In this document: one piece after another, positions 1-9,500 of the stretch
Numbering within the stretch: the stretch's first letter is position 1
Layout: each line of letters opens with the position of its first letter
Assembly (NCBI GenBank): GCA_034440375.1
Contig: JAWXBZ010000067.1
Coordinates: forward strand, 1 to 51,848
Source: Candidatus Eiseniibacteriota bacterium
GTDB lineage: Bacteria; Eisenbacteria; RBG-16-71-46; JABDJR01; JAWXBZ01
DNA length: 51,848 bases
Direction: 5' to 3'
Notes under the pieces: generated by a model
Seen by the model: the letters and a program-made list of their open reading frames with translations, nothing else
Told to the model about the DNA's origin: nothing
The model's database searches: none
Translations under genes and position numbers: made by a program

Positions 1-2341
1 CCCGCCCCTGGTCGTTCCCCTGTTTGGCAGTGATCCGCGGGCGCTCGCGATCAATGCCGCCGGCAACCGTGTCTATGCCTCCATATTCGAATCAGGGAAC
101 CGGACGAGCATTCTCACGACCGCCGAAGTCGGCGCGGGTGGTGGTCCGCCTCCTCCGGGTCCACCACGGAACCCGAGCCTTCCACCCGCGCCCGCCGTCG
201 GCCTCGTGATCCTGTGGAACGGACTGAACTGGGTGGATGAAACCGGCACCCGGGCATGGCAGACCCTGGTGTCGATTCCCTACACGCTGCCGGACAACGA
301 CCTGATTGAGCTGGACGCAAATATCACCATGCCGACCCCGCGCTATCTGACCGGCGTGGGCACGTTGAACTACAACCTGACGGTCCACCCGGTCACGGGA
401 GTGGTCTACGTGCCGAATTTCGAGGCCTTTAACATCAGCCGATTCGAGCCAAACCTGCGCGGGCGATTCGGAGACTACCGGATCACCCGGATCGATCCGG
501 CCGGCGCGGGAACGGTGACCCCGGTGAGCCTGAACCCGCATATCAATCGCACCGTCACTCCCGGACCCCCTTCGGAAATTGCCCTGTCGCTCTCGCAGGC
601 CAACGGTGGCGATTGGGACGCCGCCGGGAACAACCTCTACCTGGCGGCAATCGGCTCTGGAGCCCTGGCGATCCTGAACAGCGCCGGGCAGGTAACAGCC
701 CGGATCGCAGTCGGCGACGGGCCGACGGCTGCCGAAGTCGACGACGCGCGGAACCGCGTCTACGTAATGAATCGATTCTCGAACCGCGTGGCCATCGTCA
801 GCACGGTGAGTCAGGCCGTCGTGGGCGAGGTGTCGCTCGGCTATCAACCGGAACCGCCGGCCGTGACCAACGGACGTCGATTCCTCTATGACGCTCGCCA
901 GAGCTCCGGCCACGGCGACCTGGCCTGCGCCTCGTGTCATGCGTTTGGCACACTCGATGGGCTGGCCTGGGACCTCGGGGACCCCACGGGGACCGAGAGC
1001 CCGGCGCCACCTGGATTTCCCCCCTTCCATCCGATGAAAGGGCCGATGAGCACGCAGTCACTCCGGGGACTGGCCTCCACGGAACCCTTTCACTGGCGCG
1101 GTGATCGGGCCGATTTCACCCGATTCAATCCGGCGTTCGTTTCGCTCATGGGCCTGGCTGACACGCTCGCCACGCCCGACATGCAGGCCTACACCGACTA
1201 CATCATGACGATAGCCTACCCGCCGAACCCAAATCAGAATCTCGATCGAACGCTTCCAAATCCTCCGCCACCCACGGGCAGTCCCGAACGGGGCCGGATC
1301 CAGTTCACCACCGTGCCACATGACGGCCCACTGCGCTGCCAGACATGCCATAACAGCGCTCCACTGAATCAGCCGTTCCTCGTGTCGCCGGGAACCAACG
1401 GCCTCCTGATCCCCGGCCCGGCACTTCAGGAAAGCCAGGCGTTCAAGGTGCCGCAGCTCCGGAACATGTACGAGAAGCGCGGATTCATGGACGCAGCCGG
1501 TCCGCAGAAGCAGGGATTCGGCTTCCTTCACGACGGCTCCATCGACAACCTGTTCAACTTCCTTCTGGCCCCGGTCTTTCAGTTCGCCAACAATCAGGAA
1601 CGTCTCGACATGGAGGCGTTCATGCATGCCTTCGACACCGGGATGGCGCCGGGGGTGGGCCTGCAACAGACCGTCGACGGAACGAACCGGAATTTCGGCC
1701 CCGTCATCGCTCGCCTCAACCTCCTGATGGCCCGGGCGGATGCCGGCGACATCGATCTCGTCGTGAAAGGGCGCTCGAACGGAGAATCGCGTGGCTGGCT
1801 ATATTCTGGTGGGGGGATGTACCAGTCCGATGGGTTGTCGGAGCCACTGATCTCCGAAGCCGACCTCCGAGGCGGCGCTACCGCCGGCTCCGAGCGAACC
1901 TGGACCGGCGTTCCGCCCGGCAACGGATCCCGGATCGGTATCGATCGCGATTCCGATACGTACGGGGACCGGCATGAGCTGCAGGCCGGATCAGATCCGG
2001 CGGATCCGAATTCGATCCCCTCTGCCAGCGGGTTGGGCGAGCCGGGTGAGGGCAACCTGGCGGATCGCATGGCCCTGACCGCGACGCCGAACCCGGCGAA
2101 CCGCCTTGGCACGACGATTTCATTCACCCTGGCTGATGCCGCGCCCGTCTCGTTGGAAATCTACGATCCAGGAGGACGACTGGTCCGCCGCTTGATGGAG
2201 AACGAGCGCCAGCAGGGAACGGTGACGGTGCACTGGGATGGCCGCGACCAGGCCGCACAGCTCGTGGCCGGTGGAGTCTATTTCTACCGGCTCTCGGCAG
2301 GCGCGGCCACCCGGACGCGGAAAGTCGTCGTGAGCCGCTGA
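1..2341 (+). CDS. Secreted YVTN/YncE beta-propeller + di-heme cytochrome c peroxidase/MauG-like domain + FlgD-Ig/T9SS-like C-terminal domain (5' partial)
   Basis: The frame of ORF 206..2341 stays open back to position 2 (PPLVVPLFGSDPRALAINAAGNRVYASIFESGN...), so the start lies outside the window. YVTN-like repeats (RIAVGDGPTAAEVD..NRVYVMNRFSNRVAIV), two CxxCH motifs (CASCH, CQTCH), CCP-like motifs (TQSLRGL..PFHWRGDR, FKVPQLRN) and a C-terminal PNP..IYDPGGRLVRRL..WDGRD..GVYFYRL. Confidence 0.8.
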   Translation, partial: PPLVVPLFGSDPRALAINAAGNRVYASIFESGNRTSILTTAEVGAGGGPPPPGPPRNPSLPPAPAVGLVILWNGLNWVDETGTRAWQTLVSIPYTLPDNDLIELDANITMPTPRYLTGVGTLNYNLTVHPVTGVVYVPNFEAFNISRFEPNLRGRFGDYRITRIDPAGAGTVTPVSLNPHINRTVTPGPPSEIALSLSQANGGDWDAAGNNLYLAAIGSGALAILNSAGQVTARIAVGDGPTAAEVDDARNRVYVMNRFSNRVAIVSTVSQAVVGEVSLGYQPEPPAVTNGRRFLYDARQSSGHGDLACASCHAFGTLDGLAWDLGDPTGTESPAPPGFPPFHPMKGPMSTQSLRGLASTEPFHWRGDRADFTRFNPAFVSLMGLADTLATPDMQAYTDYIMTIAYPPNPNQNLDRTLPNPPPPTGSPERGRIQFTTVPHDGPLRCQTCHNSAPLNQPFLVSPGTNGLLIPGPALQESQAFKVPQLRNMYEKRGFMDAAGPQKQGFGFLHDGSIDNLFNFLLAPVFQFANNQERLDMEAFMHAFDTGMAPGVGLQQTVDGTNRNFGPVIARLNLLMARADAGDIDLVVKGRSNGESRGWLYSGGGMYQSDGLSEPLISEADLRGGATAGSERTWTGVPPGNGSRIGIDRDSDTYGDRHELQAGSDPADPNSIPSASGLGEPGEGNLADRMALTATPNPANRLGTTISFTLADAAPVSLEIYDPGGRLVRRLMENERQQGTVTVHWDGRDQAAQLVAGGVYFYRLSAGAATRTRKVVVSR

Positions 2342-2383
2342 CGCAGGCTCAATGCCTCGTGTGAAAGGCGCGTTCGTGCGGGA

Positions 2384-3349
2384 TCAGCCGCCGGTGCGCA
2401 CCTTTTCCCTGAGAGCCTTGATCTCGGCGTCGAAGAGTGCGATTCGTGTCTGAAGATCAGCTTCGTGAGGAAGGTTCGGCGTCAGGTCCTCGAAGACGGC
2501 CGTGGCCGCGGTGACGGCCCGATCGGCAACGGTGAGCTCGAGACGCGAGACCAGCTGACCCCGCTGGCCGGTTCTCATGACCCAAGAGTCGGCGTAACGT
2601 TCACCGTCGTAGCCGGATCCGGGAACATGCCCCACCACCAGGACGTCGATTCCAGGGACCGATTCGGCCAGATGCCTTGCTTCAGGCGGTGCCATGTGGG
2701 CCAGAACGACGACCACGTCACAGCTCTTCGAAAGCGATGCCACGATCGGTGTCAGTGTACGGACCGGATCGGCCAGCTCCCATATGGCCGCGGCATCGTC
2801 GCCCGCCACGCCGGCCTCCTTGCCGGAAAGGAGAACCTCCGGCCCGGTGACGCCGGTGATGCCCACCTTGATGCCACCGATGTTTCGGATCAACTTCTCT
2901 TTGAAGAGGCGTTTGCCGTCAATCCGGATGTTGGCGGAAACGGCCGGTACCCCGAAATCCGACACCAGCGTCTTCAGCCGCAGTGGCCCCTGGAGGAGTT
3001 CCCGTTCCCCGGGGGTCCAGGCATCGCAACCTATTTCGCCCAGCGTCTTCGCCGCGTACGAGGTGACCTTCCACCCTCCGGGCACCCGCGGATTGTCCAG
3101 CTGACCAAAGTCACCGGCGTCGACCGTCAGGACCGCCGGGTTTGCCGCCCGAATCTTCTTATAAACGCTGGCCCGCCGGGCCAACCCGCCAGCCTGATGC
3201 GCTCACCCGCACGGTGACAACTCGCCCCAGATCGAACTCGAAGCCATGATGATGAGCGGCTTCGGCGCGCCGGGTGAGCCACCACAACCAAGGGGGGCGA
3301 GAAGGAGGGCCGACAGGGCGAATCTCGAGAATTTGGTCAGCGGATTCAT
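2384..3349 (-). CDS. UshA/5'-nucleotidase-fold putative selenoprotein (C47-G-U49), exported, possibly a lipoprotein; 321 aa
   Basis: Manual translation upstream of ORF 2384..3184: ATG at 3349 gives MNPLTKFSRFALSALLLAPLGCGG...IMASSSIWGELSPCG-TGA(3205..3203)-AHQAGGLARRASVYKKIR...DAGDF, all in frame. Hydrophobic signal with a lipobox-like LGC; SECIS-like hairpin after the TGA; paralog of the upstream gene. No clear RBS. Confidence 0.85.
3167..3185 (-). promoter_or_regulatory. Putative bacterial SECIS element for the TGA at 3205..3203
   Basis: mRNA GUUGGCCC-GGC-GGGCCAGC forms an 8-bp stem with a G-initiated loop starting 25 nt after the UGA, fitting bacterial SECIS geometry. Confidence 0.65.
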
Positions 3350-3376
3350 CGCAAACGATGATAGCGCATCTGCGGA

Positions 3377-4783
3377 TTACCGGTGATGCAGCCCCGCCGC
3401 GATGGCCTTCTGGAAGCTGAAATCGGGGTCGTTGGCCTTGTCGTGGCAGGTGATGCAGGCTTCCTCGGTGACCTTGGTGACCATGCCGGGGCTGCCGTGC
3501 AGCGTGCCCTTGCCGTGACAGGACTCGCACTGGACGTTTCGCATTTCGACGGCGTCGGTCGTGTCGGGCTTGCCCGCGGCGTTGGTGCGGTACACCAGGG
3601 TCTGGTAGCCTGTCGGATCGCCCCAGCCGGTCACGTGGCACGAAATGCAGGAACGATCCGTCTGCTTGTTTGCCGACACCAGAGTCTGGAAGGCGGCGGC
3701 GTGGGGCCCCTTGGCCCATTGGGTGTAGATATCGGAGTGGCAGCGGGCGCAGACGTCGGTTCCGAGATACTTGTCCTTGCCGCCATTGATGCCTGAATTG
3801 ACTATCGCCTTCTTCCGTGCCTCATCGGCTTCTGTCTTGGCCATGCCGTCGAGAAACTTCTGTATTTCATTTCCGACGCCGGCATCGATCGGATAGCTCT
3901 CGTTCAAGGCATCGGCCGATCCCTTGTAGTCGATGATCTTCCTTGAGGCGTCGAAGGTGAGAGCCAGCTTGGCGGCGTACTGTCCCCGATCGCCGGACCG
4001 CATGATGACGACGTCGCCCACCCGATCGGGGCTTGGCATGTAGCCGGGACGATGGCCGGCGATGATGGCATCGATGCCCGGCACTTCCTCGGCGAGCCGC
4101 CGGGCATCACCGGCGCCCAGGTGGGCCAGGACGATGACGGCGTCCGTCTCTTTTTCCAGGGCCGACACGATCGGCTTCAGGCTCTCGATTGGATCGAGGA
4201 ACTGGTAGTCCTTGGCGCCGAGATTGTTCTGGACGGGCATGCCTTCAAAGATGGTCTTCGAAGTGACCCCGGTGATGCCGACCTTGAGGCCACCGATCGT
4301 CTTGATCACGCGGTCCTTGAAAATCGGCTTGCCGGTGGCGTCCATGAGGTTGGCGGAAACGGCATCGCAGGCCATGACTTCCGCAAACTTGGCGAGGTTT
4401 GCGATCCCGTAATACAACTCGGTCTCGCCCGGCGTCCAGGCGTCGTATTTGAGGCGAGCGAGACCAGCGGCCATGAAGAGGCTGGTCTCCAGTCCGCCGA
4501 CCGCACCGGGCGGCTTCTGAATACCGAAGTCGCCGGCATCCACGACGAGGACGTAGGGATTTTCCTGTCGAATCCGCTGATAAAAACCCGCCCTCCGGGC
4601 GAGCCCGCCTAGCTGATTCTTGTGTCACCCACAGGGGGCGAGCTCGCCGTTTTGGGACGACGTGCTCAAAATGACGAGCTCCGTCGTATTCCCCTGGCTG
4701 AAAGCGTGCCGGGAACCGATCCCGACCGCCAACGCCAACCCGGCGAGGGCCACCACGAGTGCCAGAAGACGCGAACGCGTCAT
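3377..4783 (-). CDS. UshA/5'-nucleotidase-fold putative selenoprotein (C51-G-U53) fused to a C-terminal tetraheme cytochrome c (c554-like); 468 aa
   Basis: ATG at 4783 with GGAGG RBS gives MTRSRLLALVVALAGLALAVGIG..AFSQ (signal peptide)...STSSQNGELAPCG-TGA(4627..4625)-HKNQLGGLARRAGFYQRIR...VDAGDF, in frame with ORF 3377..4543. Four CxxCH motifs: CARCH, CISCH, CESCH, CITCH. Confidence 0.88.
4571..4618 (-). promoter_or_regulatory. Putative bacterial SECIS element for the TGA at 4627..4625
   Basis: mRNA upper stem GGCUCGCCC-GGA-GGGCGGGUU with a G-initiated loop 28 nt after the UGA, plus a lower stem AAUCAGCU/AGCGGAUU. Confidence 0.7.
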
Positions 4784-4845
4784 GACATCCTCCGGTAAAT
4801 AGTTGACTGGATTACAGTTACGCCAAGAACTTCAAGCGCCGTGGC

Positions 4846-4875
4846 AGTATAGCGAAACGGGTCGTGATGGCGCAA
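4846..4875 (-). promoter_or_regulatory. Putative sigma70 promoter of the selenoprotein pair
   Basis: TTGCGC-18 nt-TATACT on the minus strand, about 60 nt upstream of ATG 4783. Confidence 0.45.
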
Positions 4876-4936
4876 GGCCTTTCACGAATGGAGCTTAGGC
4901 CCCCACGAACCCGGTTGTCCTTCCGGAGTTCCCGTC

Positions 4937-7900
4937 CTAGAAAGCACCACCGGGTGAGACCCGTGAGAGAATATCGGACGTTCCCAGCCCCGGCCCACTT
5001 TCCAATTTCAGCTCTGGAAGAGCTTTCACGCTGATTCGAAAATAGAACTCGGATATCCCGGGCGTGGCACTGTAGGAGAAGGCCGCCTGCCAGCAGTGAA
5101 GATCACGGGTCAATTCAAGCCGCTGATACGTCAGGCCTTTCGTGTCGAATGAGTAGGCGTTGGCATAACGCATCCCCCAGTTTTTCGAGAGCTGAAGGTC
5201 GAGGCTGCCATCCAGATTGGCCGTCTCGTCGATCGACGCCGAAGCAGCCCGAGAGCCTGACCAGGAGAATCCGAAGTTGGCCCGCCAGGTCAGCGATTCC
5301 TTTCCCTCTTCATCCAGCCGATCGGTCCCCTTGTAGACATTCGACTGGCGATCGTAGCCCGGTTCGGCCGGCGTGGCCGATTGAATCCCGTCCTCATCCG
5401 ACGCGGGATCAGCCACCTCCTCCCAACCGCTCGCCCCCTGCTCGATCCGGGATCCGGGCAGGCGGCCGGCCAGACCGAGGCTGCTTCGAAAATTGAAGCT
5501 TTGAAACCGAAACTGGTTGTACGGATCGTGGACCGAGTTGAAATTCAGGGTCATCAATTTGATCTGATTCAGATCAAGGAAACTCGATATGTTGCTGGCG
5601 GGGCGGGAGGCACCGTTTCGTGCGGCGAGGAGGTCGTACGTTCCGTTCAACCGCCAGCCAAACAGGTTGACCCGTTTCAACTCGTCACCGGAACGGATCT
5701 TGGCCTGAAATCGGTTTTCGAGCCCGTAACTGATGGTCTGCGCGCGAGCGGCACTGACGCCCGGAAAGCGGTTTTGCGAGACCGTGTCACTATCGACGTA
5801 TCGAAGATTGGGGAAGTCCGGATTGTATGTCAGGGTCACCGACGGGGTGACCGTGTGGCGCAGCGACTCGAGACCGAACAGGTGGGGAGACACGGTGCCG
5901 TAGCCGGTGAAGCTGGTGCGCAATCCCAGTGTCCAGGTGGCGGCGCGGCGAAAGCCCATGAGCGTGTCGGTAGGGGTGAACTCGCGATCAACCCAGAATT
6001 CACTGAGACTCAACTGCGGTCCGAACGTCAGGAACCCAAAAAACTTCCGATTATCGACCGCCGACAGGCGCCAGACACCAGACCGATTGGTTTGACGATC
6101 CACGCTGAATGAGGTGTCGGCAGCCGTGGAATCGGTTTCTGCCCGAATGGACCGGGCCTCCCGCTCGGTCCGACGAAGTTGACCGTTGAAGTTGATGCCG
6201 TAGGTGATGTCCTTGGCCCACGGCAGGAAAGCCGGTCGGCCGACGACCGCTTCCCTCCCCACCGCCCTCGGCTGACGGGTCAGGCTCAGGCTCGGCAAGG
6301 TTTCGTCCAGCAGGAGATCGCGGTCACCGTCGGTCAGGTCCGGATCCAATGCCTTGTCCACCGAGGCGTTCAGCGCCATGGAAATTTGTGCACCGGGCCA
6401 GTTCTTGGTAAAGCCGGCCACGGATCGGACCCGATTGTCGACGCGGCTGCCAATTCCCTGGCCAAGGCCGCGAACCTGGCGGTAGTTCGGATCCTCGAAT
6501 TCCAGGCGGCCGGTGAGTCGCCCACCCTCCCCGACATTCTGGTTGTGCCGGAGCTGAAACTGGTTGATCCCCGACTCGAGGCCGAAGACATGTCCCAGGT
6601 CGATCCGACCGTCCAGCAGTCCACGCCGGGCATAGGTCGCGGTCACCTCACCGATGAACGCGCCCGGATTCTCGTAATAGGCCGTGCGGAAAATGAAATC
6701 GCTGTAGTCATTGGCCGCCCAGTAGTAGCCGAGATTCTCGAAGAATCGATCGCCGCCCGAGGTCAGGCCGAATTCCAGGCGGGGCAGAAGCAACCCCGAG
6801 TGCCGCCCTTTCTTCAACGAGAAGACGTAAAACGGCAGGATCAGAACCGGGATCCGCCCGAGGTACAGGGTGACCGGCCGGGCCACGACCTTGTCGCCCA
6901 GGTAAACTTTCATGCGCCGACTGGTGAAGTGGTAGTGCGGCTCGAGCTCCTTTCCGACCAGATCGCAGGTGGTGTAGCGGCCGGAGCCCACGTTCAGTTC
7001 CGTGTCGGTGACTTTGCGCAGGCTGTCGGCGAAGAGAAAACCCTGATCGTACTGGGTACGGCCGTGATAGATGGTGCCCCGCGACGATTTCATGTCGTAG
7101 GTGACCTCGCGCCCGACCACCTCCTGATCACCTGGTCGAGAGCGGTCAATCAACACGGGCCGCGGCTGGGCCGACAGCTCCTCCTTCTCGGCATCGAAAT
7201 CGATCTCGTCGGCCTTGAGTGTCATGGTTCCGTAGCGGGTCTCTCCACTCCCTCGCAGCTGGATCAACCGTTCCTCGATCCGGAACAGGATCCGATCGGC
7301 GGAATAGTCCACCCGATCGAGCGAGTCGGATGAGGCCTGGCCGCGGTAGAGATAACGACCGGCGGCGCCGCCGGCCAGGCGGACTTCATCGATCTTGTTG
7401 CTGGCAATGCTGATGCGGATCGTGTCGGCACCGGCCTCGACGCGACCGGTGCCGCGGGCCGAGTCGGAGCTGGACGGTGTGTATTCGATCGTTGGTTGGC
7501 CGAGCGCTGTAAGGCCCTCAATCTCCCCGGCCTTGAACTCGACAATCAGGCTGTCGCCGGTGATCAGGCTTCGCTCGCCCAGGAGGTCGAGTTCGATCGG
7601 TCGTCGGTCGAGCCGGGCATGCCCGATCATGACCGCCCGATCGAGACGGGACTCCTCGAATCGGATCAGGAGTGAGTCGCCGGTGACCACGCCGTCCCCA
7701 TCGGCCACGCGGGGCGATCCGAAAAACCAGGCGAGTCCGGCGTCGTCCAGGAAGAGCGCGCTGTCCGCCGTGACCGTCTGTCGCTCCTCGGTGACGACAA
7801 CGGAACCGGCCGCCTCAAGGCTCTTTCCGCTCTCGTCGAGACGAAGACGGTCTCCCTTGATCGACATCGGCTTTTCCTGTCCACGCGACCATTCGAGAAG

Positions 7901-8521
7901 CGGCTCGCCGGTCGCCACCGCCACGCCGGTTGAATCCCAGTCGAGTCGTTGGCCGGTCAGGACGATGCCGCGTTCCGGATCCTCGAACCGGGCCCGCCCG
8001 GTCAGGGCGTAACGACCGGCCGCGCGATCCCATGCGAGGCGCTCGCCGCTCCAGATGCGATCACCGTCCCGGCCGGTGACGCCCCCGTCCAACTCGAGGC
8101 GGTTCCGATCGCGGTCATAGGAGCCGTGCGCCCCTTCGAGGTGGAGCCCCGCCTCATCAATGGTGACGTGGCCGAAGGCTTCGAGGCGCGCCGGGGCACG
8201 ATCATAGGTTGCGGAATCGGCTGTCACGGTCATGGTCAAGTCGACCAGCCGGACGCCGCCCCCCATGGCCGTCCGGTTCTCGCCGGCGCTGTAGTAACCT
8301 CGGGGCGCGGTGACAGCCAGGCTCCCCTGGGTGACGCGGACATCGAGGAGGAGGTGTCGAAGCCCGCCCGCATCCGGGAGGGCGAGCATCTCTCGCGCCT
8401 CGAGATTGAACCCGCCGGACGGATCGAGAAGTGGCAGCACCGGGGCCGCCGCGGCGGGCACCACAAGGCTGGCCAGGGCCGCGAGTCCGGCCAGGAAGGG
8501 GAGGAAGATAGAACGCGTCAT
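4937..8521 (-). CDS. lptD: LPS assembly protein LptD with an extended N-terminal LptA/OstA-like repeat region (about 1194 aa)
   Basis: Signal peptide MTRSIFLPFLAGLAALASLVVPAAAA from ATG 8521. OstA-type repeats (xADSxxY/F, GxPxx), YTTCD..PHYHF..KVVARPVTLY..PVLILPF..RHSGLLLP, and C-terminal RDLHCWQ typical of FCB-type LptD. Confidence 0.8.
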   Translation of the reverse strand: MTRSIFLPFLAGLAALASLVVPAAAAPVLPLLDPSGGFNLEAREMLALPDAGGLRHLLLDVRVTQGSLAVTAPRGYYSAGENRTAMGGGVRLVDLTMTVTADSATYDRAPARLEAFGHVTIDEAGLHLEGAHGSYDRDRNRLELDGGVTGRDGDRIWSGERLAWDRAAGRYALTGRARFEDPERGIVLTGQRLDWDSTGVAVATGEPLLEWSRGQEKPMSIKGDRLRLDESGKSLEAAGSVVVTEERQTVTADSALFLDDAGLAWFFGSPRVADGDGVVTGDSLLIRFEESRLDRAVMIGHARLDRRPIELDLLGERSLITGDSLIVEFKAGEIEGLTALGQPTIEYTPSSSDSARGTGRVEAGADTIRISIASNKIDEVRLAGGAAGRYLYRGQASSDSLDRVDYSADRILFRIEERLIQLRGSGETRYGTMTLKADEIDFDAEKEELSAQPRPVLIDRSRPGDQEVVGREVTYDMKSSRGTIYHGRTQYDQGFLFADSLRKVTDTELNVGSGRYTTCDLVGKELEPHYHFTSRRMKVYLGDKVVARPVTLYLGRIPVLILPFYVFSLKKGRHSGLLLPRLEFGLTSGGDRFFENLGYYWAANDYSDFIFRTAYYENPGAFIGEVTATYARRGLLDGRIDLGHVFGLESGINQFQLRHNQNVGEGGRLTGRLEFEDPNYRQVRGLGQGIGSRVDNRVRSVAGFTKNWPGAQISMALNASVDKALDPDLTDGDRDLLLDETLPSLSLTRQPRAVGREAVVGRPAFLPWAKDITYGINFNGQLRRTEREARSIRAETDSTAADTSFSVDRQTNRSGVWRLSAVDNRKFFGFLTFGPQLSLSEFWVDREFTPTDTLMGFRRAATWTLGLRTSFTGYGTVSPHLFGLESLRHTVTPSVTLTYNPDFPNLRYVDSDTVSQNRFPGVSAARAQTISYGLENRFQAKIRSGDELKRVNLFGWRLNGTYDLLAARNGASRPASNISSFLDLNQIKLMTLNFNSVHDPYNQFRFQSFNFRSSLGLAGRLPGSRIEQGASGWEEVADPASDEDGIQSATPAEPGYDRQSNVYKGTDRLDEEGKESLTWRANFGFSWSGSRAASASIDETANLDGSLDLQLSKNWGMRYANAYSFDTKGLTYQRLELTRDLHCWQAAFSYSATPGISEFYFRISVKALPELKLESGPGLGTSDILSRVSPGGAF

Positions 8522-8546
8522 CGTGATCGACCGGGGCCGGGCGGCG

Positions 8547-9500
8547 TCAACCGAATCGCGTGTCGTCACGACCGGCCACCAGGGCGGCGCCGACAATTCC
8601 GGCTTCGGAACCGAAATGGGCCGGCCGGATCGGGACCGGGTGCTGGCGGGCCACCATCGAGCGTTCCATCAGTGCCTGCCCGGCCGCCGGAACAATCCAG
8701 GCATGAGCCCCGGCAATACCGCCGCCAAGAACGATGAGTCGGGGCTCGAGCAGGTTGACCAGACCCGCGAGGCCCGCGCCGAGGCGGCGCCCGATCTCCG
8801 CGTAGAGGTCACGGGCGCGCTGGTCGCCCGCCTCGGCGCGCTCAAAGACACGTTTCGGATTGTCGGCTCCCTCGGCAGCGAGGCCCATGTCGACCGCGAG
8901 CTGTTCGATCGCGCCCTGGGCGACGAACCGTTCGAGGCAGCCGCGGTTCCCGCACGGGCAGGCCGGCCCATCATGGTCGATCGTCATGTGTCCCAGCTCT
9001 CCGCCCTGGCCGGTTGGTCCGCGATACGGGCGGCCACCCAGGATGAGCCCACCCCCGACGCCGGTGCCCAGTGTGAGGACAAGCGCGTCATCGACCCCGC
9101 GCGCGGCGCCGGCCAGCCACTCGGCGGCCAGAAACGCCGAAGCATCATTGATGAGGCGCACCCGGACGGGCAACCGCGCGGCCAGTTCGTCGCGAATCGG
9201 CACATCGTGCCAGCTCGGCAGATTGGGCGAGGTTCGGAGAATACCGCGGGCGCCGTCGACAAGACCGGCGCACCCGATGCCGAGCCCCGCCAGTTCTTCA
9301 ATTCGCAATCCTGCCGCATCGACGCGTTCGCGGATCGCCAGGGCGATCTGCGCAATGACCCGGCCGGGGTCGGCCGTGGCGTGGTCCCTGAGGACGGTCA
9401 CCGGGCCGTTTGTCGCGCCGTCGTCCAGCCGCACCAGGCCGATCTTGAGGCCGGTACCGCCGATGTCGATGCCGGCGGCGGTGGCCGGCGCCCCCGTCAG
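8547..9500 (-). CDS. ROK family sugar kinase (glucokinase-like)
   Basis: GIDIGGT, NDA, LTLGTGVGGG, GELGH and CPCGNRGCLE motifs. Start is uncertain: CTG 9500 with a GGAG RBS is preferred over GTG 9596. Confidence 0.9.
   Translation of the reverse strand: MTGAPATAAGIDIGGTGLKIGLVRLDDGATNGPVTVLRDHATADPGRVIAQIALAIRERVDAAGLRIEELAGLGIGCAGLVDGARGILRTSPNLPSWHDVPIRDELAARLPVRVRLINDASAFLAAEWLAGAARGVDDALVLTLGTGVGGGLILGGRPYRGPTGQGGELGHMTIDHDGPACPCGNRGCLERFVAQGAIEQLAVDMGLAAEGADNPKRVFERAEAGDQRARDLYAEIGRRLGAGLAGLVNLLEPRLIVLGGGIAGAHAWIVPAAGQALMERSMVARQHPVPIRPAHFGSEAGIVGAALVAGRDDTRFG

Noticed and set aside
3203-4627. The two in-frame TGAs as pseudogene nonsense mutations or a genome-wide TGA reassignment
   Set aside because: They fall at the same aligned position in two diverged paralogs, in a CG* motif with a downstream hairpin. 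TGA is a normal stop elsewhere in the window (ATGA/GTGA overlaps at 12835, 13368, 21323, 27270 and 28226).
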